Shown: positions 30,501 through 40,304 of the stretch, one piece after another
Position numbering within the stretch: position 1 is the first letter of the stretch
Layout of the letters: each line of letters begins with the position of its first letter
From: Aureliella sp.
GTDB lineage: Bacteria > Planctomycetota > Planctomycetia > Pirellulales > Pirellulaceae
Direction of reading: 5' to 3'
DNA: 64,000 nt
Assembly: GCA_963691875.1 (NCBI GenBank)
Contig: OY829846.1
Span: 1,376,001-1,440,000 of the forward strand
Notes under the pieces: generated by a model
What the model was told of the DNA's origin: nothing
Seen by the model: only the letters and a program-made list of their open reading frames with translations
Database searches by the model: none
Translations under genes and position numbers: made by a program

Positions 30501-30914
30501 GGTCGCCAGAGCCACACGAAGTTCATCGGATTGGCGTTTCAATCGATCTGCGAGACGAATCTGAGACTGAGCGCGGCCCCAAGGAGCTCTCTCAAGAAAA
30601 AAATGAGCGAAGGCTAGGACGACTTGTCCGCCGAGTCCTAACGCCAGCGCAACCAAATGGAACTCTTTTGCATCGGGATTGATTGCTAGAACGAAAAGAA
30701 TTCCAACAAAGTGAATTGCAAGAAACAACCACCTGCCTAGAGGTGACTGGAGATATTGCAGGAAGATGCAAGAAACAACGAGCGGTAAAGTGATGGCCAG
30801 CGGAAGATAAATGGGGGCCAGCATCCAGGGCATGTAGCTGACCAAGATAATAACCAGTCCCAGACCAAGCCATCGCTGTCTGCGAATGATTTTTAGGTAG
30901 CGTATGAAACTCAT
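27579..30914 (-). CDS. Membrane hybrid histidine kinase (2 PAS, HisKA, HATPase, degenerate REC, REC, HPt)
   Basis: SHELRTPL H-box; [27 protein letters not shown]...MDIQMP receiver; VHTLKS HPt motif. Confidence 0.94.
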   Translation of the reverse strand: MSFIRYLKIIRRQRWLGLGLVIILVSYMPWMLAPIYLPLAITLPLVVSCIFLQYLQSPLGRWLFLAIHFVGILFVLAINPDAKEFHLVALALGLGGQVVLAFAHFFLERAPWGRAQSQIRLADRLKRQSDELRVALATHESTARTVAQIESDRRTLLEHLPVHVVHKDVDGRFLFATKSFCKLIDRPFEEVIGSTDYDLFPDESAAKFVSDDKRVVQAGAIFNDIEKAELNGKTSYMQVRKAPLRDPEGNVVGVQVIFWDITEEHLAREELHRSEELARALINAALDAVLVVDPDGFVLDSNPASQKILGYSQAEVDLHPPLGAIIESSVEEKGQRASDVESPDLYRRKMPLGDLLKSARGKRIEVKMRRSNNEWFDGEISTHPLDVDGSQGWAIVLRDITRRKAAEAELLNAKEAAEQANAAKSEFVANVSHELRTPLTGIIGLHELLDRGGRLDERQREYLNLARVSASNLLTLIDDLLDFSKIEAGHIEIEEVPFNVIGSVEEPINALAARAQFKGLELITQFDPDIHANLIGDPHRIQQIILNLVGNAIKFTERGSIRIAVRKLDPEGENSSRVTPGNSKLDEVVRLRFEVHDSGIGIQQEKRRMIFEAFRQADSSTTRRYGGTGLGLTICRDLVNKMGGLIGVSDAQELSGKVKQGSCFFFELTFPLDSSQASSQTPPLISEQIIVAADPSDWREVLCDQVSRLGPQITAITTDQLLAREPAELFAAGNTSVVFADFAELNEREQVSLPVVPKLVLLSLLGQEAPQVMPTWLQYANVSWLTRPIRQQELIQTLSPAKSNFEDTLEDSIAFGRTADILLVEDSPISQTVLRDMLEGLGHQVKLASNGRAAVAACSQKLFDLVLMDIQMPDVDGLEATAQIRAAESGLGRRQKICALTAHATAADRTSCEEAGMEGFLVKPISLDLLAMAVNLALNGETLFLDESDLRGPVYSYSREEALETNAIESPAREDDKTALYYESLINEEAGFSIDRALEDAPDWETLVASMNQNENLARDVLTLLLSEAPRLGRMFEENLEEEKFSEVRRAVHTLKSNARHVRLLRIASFAEQLENFAKDEQREELQGNSATLEAVASAMADWAEKLLSEH

Positions 30915-31102
30915 CTTGGTGCGTAACCACTACTTATTAGCGAAAGTTTGCGTAGGGGGTGCGGAAAAAACAAGCTTTCAAATGTAAGCCAAATGAAGAC
31001 TGGTAGGGGACGAAACGATTATTGTGTCCAACAAATTCCCTTGACAATTGCGTTTTGCGGTTCTGAAGGAAATATTTCGCATTTCCTCGAACGATAGCAA
31101 CC

Positions 31103-31138
31103 GTCAAAGTTTGACAGGCATAGGCTGTGACCTAGGTT
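31103..31138 (+). promoter_or_regulatory. Putative flp promoter with a palindrome over the -35 box
   Basis: GTCAAA-G-TTTGAC palindrome at 31103-31115; TTGACA-N16-TAGGTT. Confidence 0.4.
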
Positions 31139-31297
31139 TCTTGTGCACACCGAATCGGACGTGAGTCTCGTCAAGGCCAGTCACGGTGGCAAAGTGGTGT
31201 TTGTGAAGGGCCTAGCGGTGGCGAAGCGAAGTCTGACACGCACAGTTTAGTTTCCTTACCCGGTTACCGGGTGGTCTCGCATTTTTGGAGAGATTCC

Positions 31298-31468
31298 ATG
31301 AAAAACATCGCCTCGAAGATCAACCGTTTCTTGAAGTCTGAAGATGGCCCAACCGCTGTTGAATACGCAGTCATGTTGGCGCTCATCGTCGTTGTATGCT
31401 TGGGAGCGATCACCTCCATCGGTAACAACGCGAACGCGACATTCACGAGCGTTGCTGGCCAGCTGTAA
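31298..31468 (+). CDS. flp: Flp family type IVb pilin
   Basis: FLKSEDGPTAVEYAVMLALI Flp motif; GGAG RBS. Confidence 0.96.
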   Translation: MKNIASKINRFLKSEDGPTAVEYAVMLALIVVVCLGAITSIGNNANATFTSVAGQL

Positions 31469-31475
31469 GCTGGTT

Positions 31476-31540
31476 TTCTAGCTATTGCTAGAATTGCCGA
31501 TCGATTGAAACGCATTCTGGCGGTTTCTTCTGAAGCCGCC
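31476..31540 (+). terminator. Tandem hairpins after flp (terminator or mRNA stabiliser)
   Basis: TTCTAGC/GCTAGAA and GGCGGTTTC/GAAGCCGCC stems; no strong U tract. Confidence 0.45.
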
Positions 31541-31760
31541 TTCGTGCGTAGAACCTCTTTAAACTAACGCACCTGGACATTGTGGGAGAGCGAGTATGAC
31601 ACCTTACCTGTTGCCAACGGAATCGGTCTCCAACCTCTGGGAGCTAATTTGCTTTGCAGGCACCATCTTGAGCACACTATTTGTATGGTGTTGCAGCTTG
31701 AGATGAACGGCATTTAGCCTTGAGCAATAGTTGCCTCTGAGTTCAGCGCGGGGAAGAACA

Positions 31761-32315
31761 ATGGATTTTATATTGAATCACCTTGTAGAAAATTGGGCGA
31801 TGTGGGCTGTTTCGGTCACACTCGTCGTCGCAGCAGTGATCGACGGGATGTACCTCAAAGTCCCAAACGCGATTACTTTCCCGCTCATCGTCGCAGGCTG
31901 GATTTACAGCACTGCAGTTGGCGGTTGGGCCGGTCTTGGCTGGAGCGTAGCAGCGACCTTCTTTGGGCTCGCTCTCTTGTTCGGCCTGCACCTGATCGGT
32001 GGAATGGGAGCTGGTGATGTGAAGCTACTCGCCGGAATCGCTGCCTTTGTACATATCGAACACACTTGGTACATCTTCATCGCGACCACGATTGTTGGTG
32101 CTGTGATGGCTTTGATTCAAATCGCATTCAGCGGTCAGTGGACCAAACACTACTTGCAGGCTCAAGCGATTCTTCAAGAGATCGTGACGGTTCGCGATGC
32201 GGACAAGCTCTATGAAATTTCGCAAGAGCGTAAGCCGACGATGACATTGCTTCCTTACGGTATCCCCATGACAGTTGCTGCTATTGGCTACTTTGCTTTT
32301 GCAGGGCTGATTTAA
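31761..32315 (+). CDS. cpaA: Prepilin peptidase (A24; CpaA/TadV)
   Basis: AAVIDG...KVPNAIT, GGMGAGDVKLLA, LPYGIP; immediately downstream of flp. Confidence 0.93.
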   Translation: MDFILNHLVENWAMWAVSVTLVVAAVIDGMYLKVPNAITFPLIVAGWIYSTAVGGWAGLGWSVAATFFGLALLFGLHLIGGMGAGDVKLLAGIAAFVHIEHTWYIFIATTIVGAVMALIQIAFSGQWTKHYLQAQAILQEIVTVRDADKLYEISQERKPTMTLLPYGIPMTVAAIGYFAFAGLI

Positions 32316-32351
32316 GAAACCGCTTAAGTTGCTCGTCAGAATTTAAATGTG

Positions 32352-32390
32352 AAAAAGGGGCTCGGTTTGCTATCGTGCCCCTTTTTTTTT
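32352..32390 (+). terminator. Intrinsic terminator after cpaA, possibly bidirectional
   Basis: AAAAAGGGGC...GCCCC followed by T9. Confidence 0.85.
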
Positions 32391-32536
32391 GAACGTGCGA
32401 CCGAAGCTTGACGCTTGCCATGGGTTTTACGGTCAGGTAACGCATAGGGATCGGAAACGGTGCAAAATGAGTCCTGTGATGCAGGCATAAAATTACGAAT
32501 ACCGCAATTGAAATTCGTTCCGATTGTTCTGAAGAG

Positions 32537-32812
32537 GCAAAGTCCGACGATGACTAGCCGGCGAGACGACTTTGTAAGCAGACCTTGACGATTAGCGAAA
32601 CAAGTTCGCTCACACAATGCCTACGTAGAGAGCTGTATTCGACTAAATTTTTCTCGCGATTTAGCCAATGACAGCTTTCTAGTGCTCGTGTTCTCCGACC
32701 GAGGACGCGGCCAACAAAAGATACGCCAGAGAAACCGGACTCAAACGGCGAATTCAGATCACTTCGAACCACAACAACCTGCACGAAGCAGTGTGATTCG
32801 TCCGGACTTTGC
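32537..32812 (+). ncRNA. Candidate structured leader RNA upstream of cpaB
   Basis: Long-range closing helix plus at least three internal hairpins with G-U pairs (see findings); no known family recognised. Confidence 0.4.
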
Positions 32813-32829
32813 ATTGAAGGCAATCGGCG

Positions 32830-33891
32830 ATGAAGGCTAAGACGCTTATTCTACTTTTCGTTGCGCTTGGATGCGGCATGATCGCCGCAGTAGCGGTTAG
32901 CAAGGCTGTGATGGACAACGGTTCAGGCCAGCCTAAAGAGGCCATGGTCGAGATCTTTGTCGCCGCCAGCGATCTCACTGTGCACTCTGAGATCTCAGCG
33001 GACAACGTCAAGCTTCAAAAATGGCCCAAAGCTCGTCTGCCTGAGGGCAGCGTTTTCGAACTTAGCAAGATCGAAGCGAAATTTGCTAGCCAAAGCATTT
33101 TTGCGGGTGAGCCAATCCTAGAAAAGAAGTTGACTGATAAACGTGGTGGATTGACCTTCACGATTCCTTCAGGCTACAGAACGTTCGACATCAGCTGCAG
33201 CAAGTACTGGATCAAGACGGGTGACCGAGTGGACATTATGGGTGTCTTCCATCCAGGCGGCCGTCAGGCTCCTCCCGAGACTCGGTACGTGATGCGAAAT
33301 GTCAAAGTCCACAGCATCAATGGAAATCCGATTCGTTCCTCCGAAGATTCTGAACAGACCGCCAAGTCGCAACGCTATCAGCTGCTGGTGAAAGAGGAGC
33401 AACTGGAACCGCTGACGCTAGCAAATAAGTTGGGAACGCTTGATCTTCATGTTTGCCCGTTCGAAGAAGGATTCGAGTCGGAAGACATCAGTGAGTTCAT
33501 GAACTGGATAACGCAAGAAGCAGTTGCGGAAGAAGAGGGTCCTGATGACTTATTTGAAGAGTTGAATGCTCCCAAAAAATTGCCTGTGGCACAACAAGTG
33601 AGTGAGCAGAAGAATGAACTTTTGCTGGTAACGCCTAACGGCGTCCAACGCTTCGAATGGTCGAAAAACAACCCAGTTCCAACCGAAATTCGATCTGACA
33701 ACGGCTCTGGGGCAATGCCAGCAAACAACGCGCAATTGCCATATGCAAATTCTTATTCAAATTATGGAGGATATGCGCCGACATATCCTGTTAGCACCGG
33801 TCCCGCCCCAGTAGTGACAGACGCACCGGGAGAGCCAGTTGAAAGTGATGCAACCCCTCCCGAGGGTGTTACAAAGCCGCAACCACAGTAG
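32830..33891 (+). CDS. cpaB: Flp pilus assembly protein CpaB/RcpC
   Basis: N-terminal anchor, SAF domain (VAASDL...GEPILEKKL), IPSGYR, GDRVDI, MRNVKV. Confidence 0.9.
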   Translation: MKAKTLILLFVALGCGMIAAVAVSKAVMDNGSGQPKEAMVEIFVAASDLTVHSEISADNVKLQKWPKARLPEGSVFELSKIEAKFASQSIFAGEPILEKKLTDKRGGLTFTIPSGYRTFDISCSKYWIKTGDRVDIMGVFHPGGRQAPPETRYVMRNVKVHSINGNPIRSSEDSEQTAKSQRYQLLVKEEQLEPLTLANKLGTLDLHVCPFEEGFESEDISEFMNWITQEAVAEEEGPDDLFEELNAPKKLPVAQQVSEQKNELLLVTPNGVQRFEWSKNNPVPTEIRSDNGSGAMPANNAQLPYANSYSNYGGYAPTYPVSTGPAPVVTDAPGEPVESDATPPEGVTKPQPQ

Positions 33892-33898
33892 TGTCTCG

Positions 33899-33982
33899 GC
33901 TGGATGCAAAAGATAGCCATATGAGCCATTAAATCCTTGTCATGGATGACTCGGAAACGCTTGTGTGAGAAACAAGGATGTT
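33899..33982 (+). promoter_or_regulatory. Cluster of CsrA/RsmA-type GGA hairpin sites over the cpaC RBS
   Basis: GTCA-TGGA-TGAC (33939-33950), AACA-AGGA-TGTT (33971-33982) and GCTGGATGC (33899-33907). Confidence 0.55.
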
Positions 33983-33987
33983 AGGCG

Positions 33988-35541
33988 ATGTTTGCAAGAT
34001 CTGCTAAAGCACGATTCGTGTTTCTGAATGTTGCTGCCCTACTCTCCATCGCTCTATTAGCTAGCGTTTCGTGGGCCCAGACACAAAGTCAATGGGCGAT
34101 GACACGATCGCCGATTGGCCTCAACAACAGCGTCCGCCTGCAGTCGGTGCAGATGGTTGTGAACTCCTCTCGTGAGATCACTTCGGAGGAGGCTTTCAAG
34201 CAGGTCACGATTGCCAATCCTGCCGTCCTGAATGCTATCCCACTGGAAGGCGGAAATCGGTTGCAGATCAATGCGCTTGCGACTGGTATCACTACCATCG
34301 ATCTTGTGGGCGTAGACGACACGGTGCACAGCATCGAAGTTATGGTTCTTGGCGACGTACGAGAGCTTGAAGCAGTATTTCGTCAGCTATTTCCTGACGC
34401 GAGCATCAGTGTCATGCCCGTGCAGACAGGCTGCGTTATCAGTGGCAATGTCAGCAATCCTGATCACGTAGAAGAGATCGTGCGAATTGCTGAACTCTAC
34501 TACCCAACTGTCATTCCTCGGATCAGAGTGACTGGAGTCTACACGATTCAGCTCCAAGTCCAGATCATGGAAGTCTCTCGCACCAAGCTCCGCGAGCTGG
34601 GAATCGACTGGGCACTTACTGCAGGCAATACAACGATCGGTCAAGGCGTTGGCGGTTTTATCGACTCAGCCTTCCTTGCCGCAACAGGAACTCAAAACTT
34701 TACCTTTGGCATCGTTGAATCGGACGCAACCTTCTTCGCATCATTGAAGGCTCTGCGACGCAATAACCTCGTCAAAGTACTAGCTACACCCAAACTGGTA
34801 GCACTTGATGGACGTCCAGCCAGCTTCAATGTGGGCGGCGAGATCCCGGTACTCGTACCACAAGGCCTTGGGCAGACCGCTGTTCAGTTCCGTGAGTTCG
34901 GTACACGCCTCGATTACGTTGCGAAAATCAAGGACAACGGTTTGATCGGTTTAGAGATTCGGCCTTACGTCAGCGAAGTGGATCCATCCCGGTCTGTTCT
35001 GCTGAACGGTGTAAATGTCCCAGGTCTTCGCAGCCGCTACCTGGAAACAAGCGTTGAAATCGGTGTAGGCCAAACATTGGCTCTTGGCGGCTTGCTGCAA
35101 ATGCGAACAGAAGCGATCAACTCAGGCGTTCCGGTACTCTCCGATATGCCGTACATCGGATCGTTCTTCCGCTCAACCCGCGAAGAGCAAAACGAGATTG
35201 AACTGCTGATCACGGTCACACCGAACTTTGCTGGACCAATGGATCCACATGAGGTACCACAATCGGCTCCGGGAACTACGACTCGAAGTCCAAACAACAA
35301 AGATTTGTACATGCGTGGCTACATCGAAGTTCCCGTCACAGGAACGGGACATCAAGTAGTGCCAGGTTTAATCACCTCTCCAAGTTTTGGAGGACTTCCA
35401 ACAGGGCAACAACACACTGCACCAGTAGCTGCACCGATCGAGCCAAGTCCTGACTCAGTCAGCTTTGGTCCCAATGCCCCACGTTTAGCAAAACCTACTG
35501 GCTATTTCACCGGCAGCGGCAACGCTTCGGTGGTAAGGTAG
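33988..35541 (+). CDS. cpaC: Tad secretin CpaC/RcpA
   Basis: IQLQVQIMEVSRTKLRELGID, LATPKLVALDGRPASFNVGGEIP, FREFG, LALGGL, ELLITVTP. Confidence 0.94.
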   Translation: MFARSAKARFVFLNVAALLSIALLASVSWAQTQSQWAMTRSPIGLNNSVRLQSVQMVVNSSREITSEEAFKQVTIANPAVLNAIPLEGGNRLQINALATGITTIDLVGVDDTVHSIEVMVLGDVRELEAVFRQLFPDASISVMPVQTGCVISGNVSNPDHVEEIVRIAELYYPTVIPRIRVTGVYTIQLQVQIMEVSRTKLRELGIDWALTAGNTTIGQGVGGFIDSAFLAATGTQNFTFGIVESDATFFASLKALRRNNLVKVLATPKLVALDGRPASFNVGGEIPVLVPQGLGQTAVQFREFGTRLDYVAKIKDNGLIGLEIRPYVSEVDPSRSVLLNGVNVPGLRSRYLETSVEIGVGQTLALGGLLQMRTEAINSGVPVLSDMPYIGSFFRSTREEQNEIELLITVTPNFAGPMDPHEVPQSAPGTTTRSPNNKDLYMRGYIEVPVTGTGHQVVPGLITSPSFGGLPTGQQHTAPVAAPIEPSPDSVSFGPNAPRLAKPTGYFTGSGNASVVR

Positions 35542-35713
35542 AGTTTGCTACCGGTAATGACGATAAGTTTACTTAGGCTGAGGAAACAAGGCTAACGCAT
35601 TTTCTACACCAGTGTGAGTGGCCGCTTGCAAAAGCTGTTCCTTGTCAGATAGCAAAACGCGCTAGCGAACTTCGAGAGGCATGGAGGGGCTCCGAAAGGG
35701 TTCCAAAGGGTAG

Positions 35714-36937
35714 ATGAGCAACGTTTTACGACTAGCGTTGGTAGATCCCGATGATAGCTCACGGGAGTCCTTAAAGAAGATGCTTCTTGGTATGGACACT
35801 ATTTGGCTAGAAGCCGAGTGTTCGCGATACGAGTTCTTCCCAGATGTTGTATCTCAGTCTTCTCCTGACGTCGGGGTTGTGAGTCTAGATGGAGATAGCG
35901 AGAAGGCACTCTCACTTCTCGAACGCATGCGGCGTGAATCGCCAGAGTGCTCACTACTCGCTGTAAGTGAGAGCAGCGATGGTCAGTTGATTCTGCAATC
36001 CATGCGAGCTGGTGCGAAAGAGTTTCTCACTCTGCCACTAACGCTCGAAGATCTGATGAGCGCGCTGGAACGAATCAGCGAAGTCAAGTTTGGTGGGAGT
36101 AACAGCAACAATCGCAGTACCAAAGTCATTGCTGTCGCAGGGGCATCCGGTGGAGTTGGCTGCACAAGCGTTGCGGTCAATCTTGGTTGCATGTTGGCAT
36201 CACGGCCAGAGTTCACTGTTGCATTGGTCGACTTGGATCTTGCGATTGGCGACGCAGATGTCTTCCTAGATGCAATTCCAGATTACAGCTTGATCGATGT
36301 CACCGAGAACGTATCCCGGCTCGACTTTCAACTGCTGAAAAAGTCACTGACCAAGCACAGCTCTGGCCTCTACCTATTGCCGCGGCCAGTCCAGTTGCAA
36401 GACGTGGATCTGATCACTCGAGAATCGTTACGACGAGTGTTTGGACTTTTGAAAGCCACTTTCTCACACATCGTAATCGACGTATCTAAAGGCTTCACTG
36501 AAATCGATCAAGCAGCTTTCGAGTTCGCAGACGAAGTTTTGCTAGTGGTTCAACTTGACTTGCCATGCCTTCGCAACTTGGTGCGTCTGCAAATGTCCTT
36601 TGATGAAATCGAGGGGCTCGGTGAGAAGCTAAAGATCGTGGTTAATCGAGTCGGATTGGAATCGGGCCAGATCAAGTTAAAAAAAGCCCGTGAAACCATC
36701 GGTCGAGATATATTCGCCCAAATCCCAAACGACTATCGCACCATGATCGAGGTTCGGAACAATGGAGTGCCACTGTTTGAGCAAGCACCAAAGGCTCCGA
36801 TCACGTCCGCGATGCGAGATCTCGCTGATCGTCTAAACGGCGAATCTCAGAACGGAGACTCTGAGGACGGCGCAGAAGGCGCAGCTGCCAGCGGCGGTTC
36901 GAGCTCCTGGCTCAGCTTTTGGCCCAAAAAGTCGTAG
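35714..36937 (+). CDS. cpaE: CpaE/TadZ (pseudo-receiver plus MinD/ParA-like domain)
   Basis: N-terminal REC-like domain (MRAGAKEFL); GASGGVGCTS deviant Walker A; LVDLDL..GD. Confidence 0.92.
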   Translation: MSNVLRLALVDPDDSSRESLKKMLLGMDTIWLEAECSRYEFFPDVVSQSSPDVGVVSLDGDSEKALSLLERMRRESPECSLLAVSESSDGQLILQSMRAGAKEFLTLPLTLEDLMSALERISEVKFGGSNSNNRSTKVIAVAGASGGVGCTSVAVNLGCMLASRPEFTVALVDLDLAIGDADVFLDAIPDYSLIDVTENVSRLDFQLLKKSLTKHSSGLYLLPRPVQLQDVDLITRESLRRVFGLLKATFSHIVIDVSKGFTEIDQAAFEFADEVLLVVQLDLPCLRNLVRLQMSFDEIEGLGEKLKIVVNRVGLESGQIKLKKARETIGRDIFAQIPNDYRTMIEVRNNGVPLFEQAPKAPITSAMRDLADRLNGESQNGDSEDGAEGAAASGGSSSWLSFWPKKS

Positions 36938-37676
36938 TGGGTTTCGCCAGAATTCTTTCGCAACTACCATTCGCCAGAATAACGTTCTGATCTGCAGCCC
37001 GCTGAGCGAACGCGGATTAGCGAGCTTCCTGCCCATTCTCGACTCGTGGCAGGCAACGATCCCGTTTCCATAGAAGTAGCCTCGGTCAACTATGTAGCTA
37101 TCGACACCGAATGAATTCGCCACATAGAACGCGGATTTGACGGAGGCGATAACGATAACAATGAGTGCCAGCAGGCTGAAGTGACAAACCACTTCTGTGG
37201 TCCTGAGTCTGACTGTTCTTGAGTGATATGACATTCGGGCAATGTCTTTCTTTCACAACAACGCTCAACTGCTAGAACATTCCTGAGTATCGCCAAACGG
37301 CAAGACCGACTGGGATGACCGCGAAGCAACTCGAGCACATCCTCATTCTACAGTGGTAGATAGGCACGCTGCATCGCGTTGGGGTTGACAGTGAGTGAGT
37401 TGACCATTTTGCAAACAATGGAGATGGCCTTACCGGGTTGGACGACGCCTTCTACCTCCGCATCTTTCACCTGTCGAACGAGCTACTCGTAGATCGGCGC
37501 CCCGTTCTTTGGATCGATTGCAATCTGCATGATTCACTCGACCTCCAGAGTAATGCTGCGTTAGGGCTTACACCGCGAGCATACGGAGAAGCGCCTCGCC
37601 CTACCGGTTTACCAACGCAGCAATTCGGTCTCAGCTCAAGAAGATTTTAAGAGTTTTCTTAGTAACGAAGATCGGC

Positions 37677-38201
37677 CTAGGAATCCTGATCGAACTCACG
37701 GAGCCAATAGTCAACTTCGAAAGCATCGACATCAGGCTCAGAGTTTGAAGGCAGCTCATCATTGCTCTCGGGAGGCGCAACGCTTCGTTCCTCCAAGCTG
37801 TCCCAGTATTCCTCGGCATCCAGCACTCTCGCTTTCCGGGCACGAGCACAGCGTTGCACTCGATGATCGCTCGAGACGACCGTCAAGGTTTTGGGATGTG
37901 GGTGTCCGCGAATTAGCTCTTCCAGCAAGTCATCCGCTTCGTCGTGTTCGCTTGCAAAGAGAACTTGCACTCCAAGCGATTGCTCTGCGCTGTTGACGGA
38001 TGCAGACTCAATTGGACTCGTACTTGCATCGAATACGACCTGGACGTAGCCAAATTCATCATCCGACAGTCGATTCTTCAGAAAGTGCAACATACGGAGC
38101 CGCGCCTGTTGCAGCCAGCCTGGTCCACGACCTCGCCCTACGACCGAGCTCTGGAAGAGCAGGTTGTATCCGTCGATGAGCAATCGTGCCGCCTTTGACA
38201 T
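37677..38201 (-). CDS. YacP-like NYN domain protein (putative RNase)
   Basis: LLIDGYNLL, VVFDA, EADDLL, VVSSD PIN-like acidic motifs. Confidence 0.88.
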   Translation of the reverse strand: MSKAARLLIDGYNLLFQSSVVGRGRGPGWLQQARLRMLHFLKNRLSDDEFGYVQVVFDASTSPIESASVNSAEQSLGVQVLFASEHDEADDLLEELIRGHPHPKTLTVVSSDHRVQRCARARKARVLDAEEYWDSLEERSVAPPESNDELPSNSEPDVDAFEVDYWLREFDQDS

Positions 38202-38228
38202 CTTTCTGGCCTTGCAAGAAGCCGTCGG

Positions 38229-40094
38229 TTACTTGCGAATCTCCATGCTGTCGAACAGCCGATTTTCCAGATCGTAGGCCTGCATCTCAAGCACATTGTC
38301 GTTGATTCTAACCATCGTGTAATGATGACCACGACGCACGGTGTTTTGAAAGAAGGGCCGGAACGGACCAGGGGTCTCGAGTCCTCCTCCACCGCCTCCA
38401 GTAATCATGTAGATAGGTCCGCCGACGGCGACCGCCTCATCTTGCTTCAAGGGCCAAGTTCTTTCATAGGAATGGATGTGACCGTTCCACACGATATCAA
38501 CATTGTACTTCTCATAAAGCGGAACCAGCTTCCGAACTCGTAAGTCGCCGCGCGTGCTCTTGTTCGTCTTCCAAAGATTTCCGTAATCGTTCTCGTCCGA
38601 AGAATAGGGCGGATGGTGGTGGCAGACGATCTTCCATTTGGCTTTGCTTGCGGCCAACTTTTCTTCAAGCCAACGGAACTGTTCCGATCCAGGCTGAACG
38701 TTCCTATTCGAGTCGAGCATGAAGAATTCAGCGCACCCATACTCGAAATGATAATAATATTCAGGCGCTGGAAGCGAGACGTAGTCAAAGTAGTTCTTTG
38801 CATTTTGTTCGTGATTGCCCAGTACGGGATAGAATGGAACGTGGCGGATTAAGGAATGCATGCTTGGAAAGAAGTGCTCTGTCCAGTGGCTGTCATTTGG
38901 TCCTGTCGAAACCAGATCACCAGGGTGCAGTAAGAAGTTCGGTCGCTGTCCCCACGCGAACTCCGCTAACTTGCCTGAAACAGTCGGGTTGCCCTGAGTG
39001 TCGCTAATAACAGCGAAGGCAAAAGGAGTCGAAGATTCTACTGCGGTTGCGAAAGGAAAAACTTCGCTACGAATCTTATCCTGCGCTGAACCAGTTTCGA
39101 CTCGGTAGAAATATTGTGTCCCGGCTTTGAGACCTTCAATGCGAATTTCGTGAACACGTTGTGCGGGCTTACCTTCGAGCAAGTTGGGGCACACAGCAGT
39201 TTCGCCCCAGTAAACGCGGCCACTGCTTGGGCGATTCGTCTTCCACATCACGGTCATGGCATCCTGCGTGCCAAACTGCAGGTAAGGATCAATCTCCACC
39301 TCCAAGGGTTCGTAAATCGGCGCTGCCGGTTTCGAAGCGAGATGTGCACAATGTTCATAGCTATGGGTGACCCACGCCGGTTTGGCTGCCAAGTCGTAGA
39401 TCGCGATCTCATTCAACCTGCCACGATGCCCAAAGAACTCGTCGGCGTCGTGGTACGCGCCGAGGGTAAGTGGTGCCGAAGAAGGGTAGGCAATCTTGCC
39501 AGCTTGCGTGTTGGAAGCAGCGTCCAGCTTTCCGTTCACAAACAGTTGCATAGCACTGCCATCATAGACCGCCACAACATGATAGAGCTTGCCAAGTTCA
39601 TATTTGGTTTTGCCGTCCAAGTAGGTGAGACGTCCTTTTCCGCCCTCGCTGGCCAGTCCAAAAGAGAAAGTTTCCTCGTTGTACCCCAGTACCCAGCCAA
39701 ACTCTTCGCTTCCATTGTCTTGCAAGGCGCTGACGATCCCGCCCCAACGCAACGGCTTGTCTACAGAGACTACTGCGGACAGGGTCATCAGTTCTTGCGG
39801 TAGATCAATCTCAGCTTTGGAATAGTCTTTGGCGATCGTGACTCCAGACCTCCCACCACTCAAGAAAAGACATTCGCCCGCAGCATCATCCGAACCAAGC
39901 ATCTTGGATTTACCAACGACGACGCCGGCGGGCCCCAGCCGAGCATTTACAACCAACTGCCCGCTTGTTTTCTCAATGTCCTGTGAAGAAAAACGCCAGC
40001 GAGCGATCGGGTCTGGCCCATCGTGTCCCAACGCTAGCGATGAAAAGAGGAAGACTATCGCGAGACAGCACGTTTGTGAAAGTAAAGGTCGCAT
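38229..40094 (-). CDS. Secreted LamG, FN3 and purple-acid-phosphatase-type metallophosphoesterase
   Basis: YHVVAVYDG...LFVNG LamG motif; SDTQ, GDLV, GNHE, HHPPY, GHIHSYER. Confidence 0.9.
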   Translation of the reverse strand: MRPLLSQTCCLAIVFLFSSLALGHDGPDPIARWRFSSQDIEKTSGQLVVNARLGPAGVVVGKSKMLGSDDAAGECLFLSGGRSGVTIAKDYSKAEIDLPQELMTLSAVVSVDKPLRWGGIVSALQDNGSEEFGWVLGYNEETFSFGLASEGGKGRLTYLDGKTKYELGKLYHVVAVYDGSAMQLFVNGKLDAASNTQAGKIAYPSSAPLTLGAYHDADEFFGHRGRLNEIAIYDLAAKPAWVTHSYEHCAHLASKPAAPIYEPLEVEIDPYLQFGTQDAMTVMWKTNRPSSGRVYWGETAVCPNLLEGKPAQRVHEIRIEGLKAGTQYFYRVETGSAQDKIRSEVFPFATAVESSTPFAFAVISDTQGNPTVSGKLAEFAWGQRPNFLLHPGDLVSTGPNDSHWTEHFFPSMHSLIRHVPFYPVLGNHEQNAKNYFDYVSLPAPEYYYHFEYGCAEFFMLDSNRNVQPGSEQFRWLEEKLAASKAKWKIVCHHHPPYSSDENDYGNLWKTNKSTRGDLRVRKLVPLYEKYNVDIVWNGHIHSYERTWPLKQDEAVAVGGPIYMITGGGGGGLETPGPFRPFFQNTVRRGHHYTMVRINDNVLEMQAYDLENRLFDSMEIRK

Positions 40095-40304
40095 ACTTCT
40101 TGTTACTTTGCGGAGGATATTCGAGGATGGGCCAATAATGCCATTGGCAGAGCATTTTGAGTCACTCGGTCGCTAACGCACAAAAGTCCTGGTATTCTGT
40201 CGTTCGGAAAGAGCGTGCCAGCGGATCTGCATTTTGACTGCTTGCCCCAAGACCCACAATTCAATTGCGATACCCACTGCGGGTTTTCCACGAAAGTTAT
40301 TTCT

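Noticed and set aside
32531..32600. c-di-GMP-I riboswitch suggested by GGCAAA before a pilus gene
   Set aside because: No GNRA-capped P2 followed by the GACGCAAAGC-type junction; kept only as an unclassified structured leader.
36833..37234. 133-aa minus-strand ORF with one hydrophobic stretch
   Set aside because: Overlaps the cpaE 3' end by about 105 bp and has no recognisable motif; cannot be supported as a gene.
37677..38201. PIN-type toxin of a toxin-antitoxin pair
   Set aside because: Motifs match YacP-like NYN proteins and no small antitoxin gene is adjacent.
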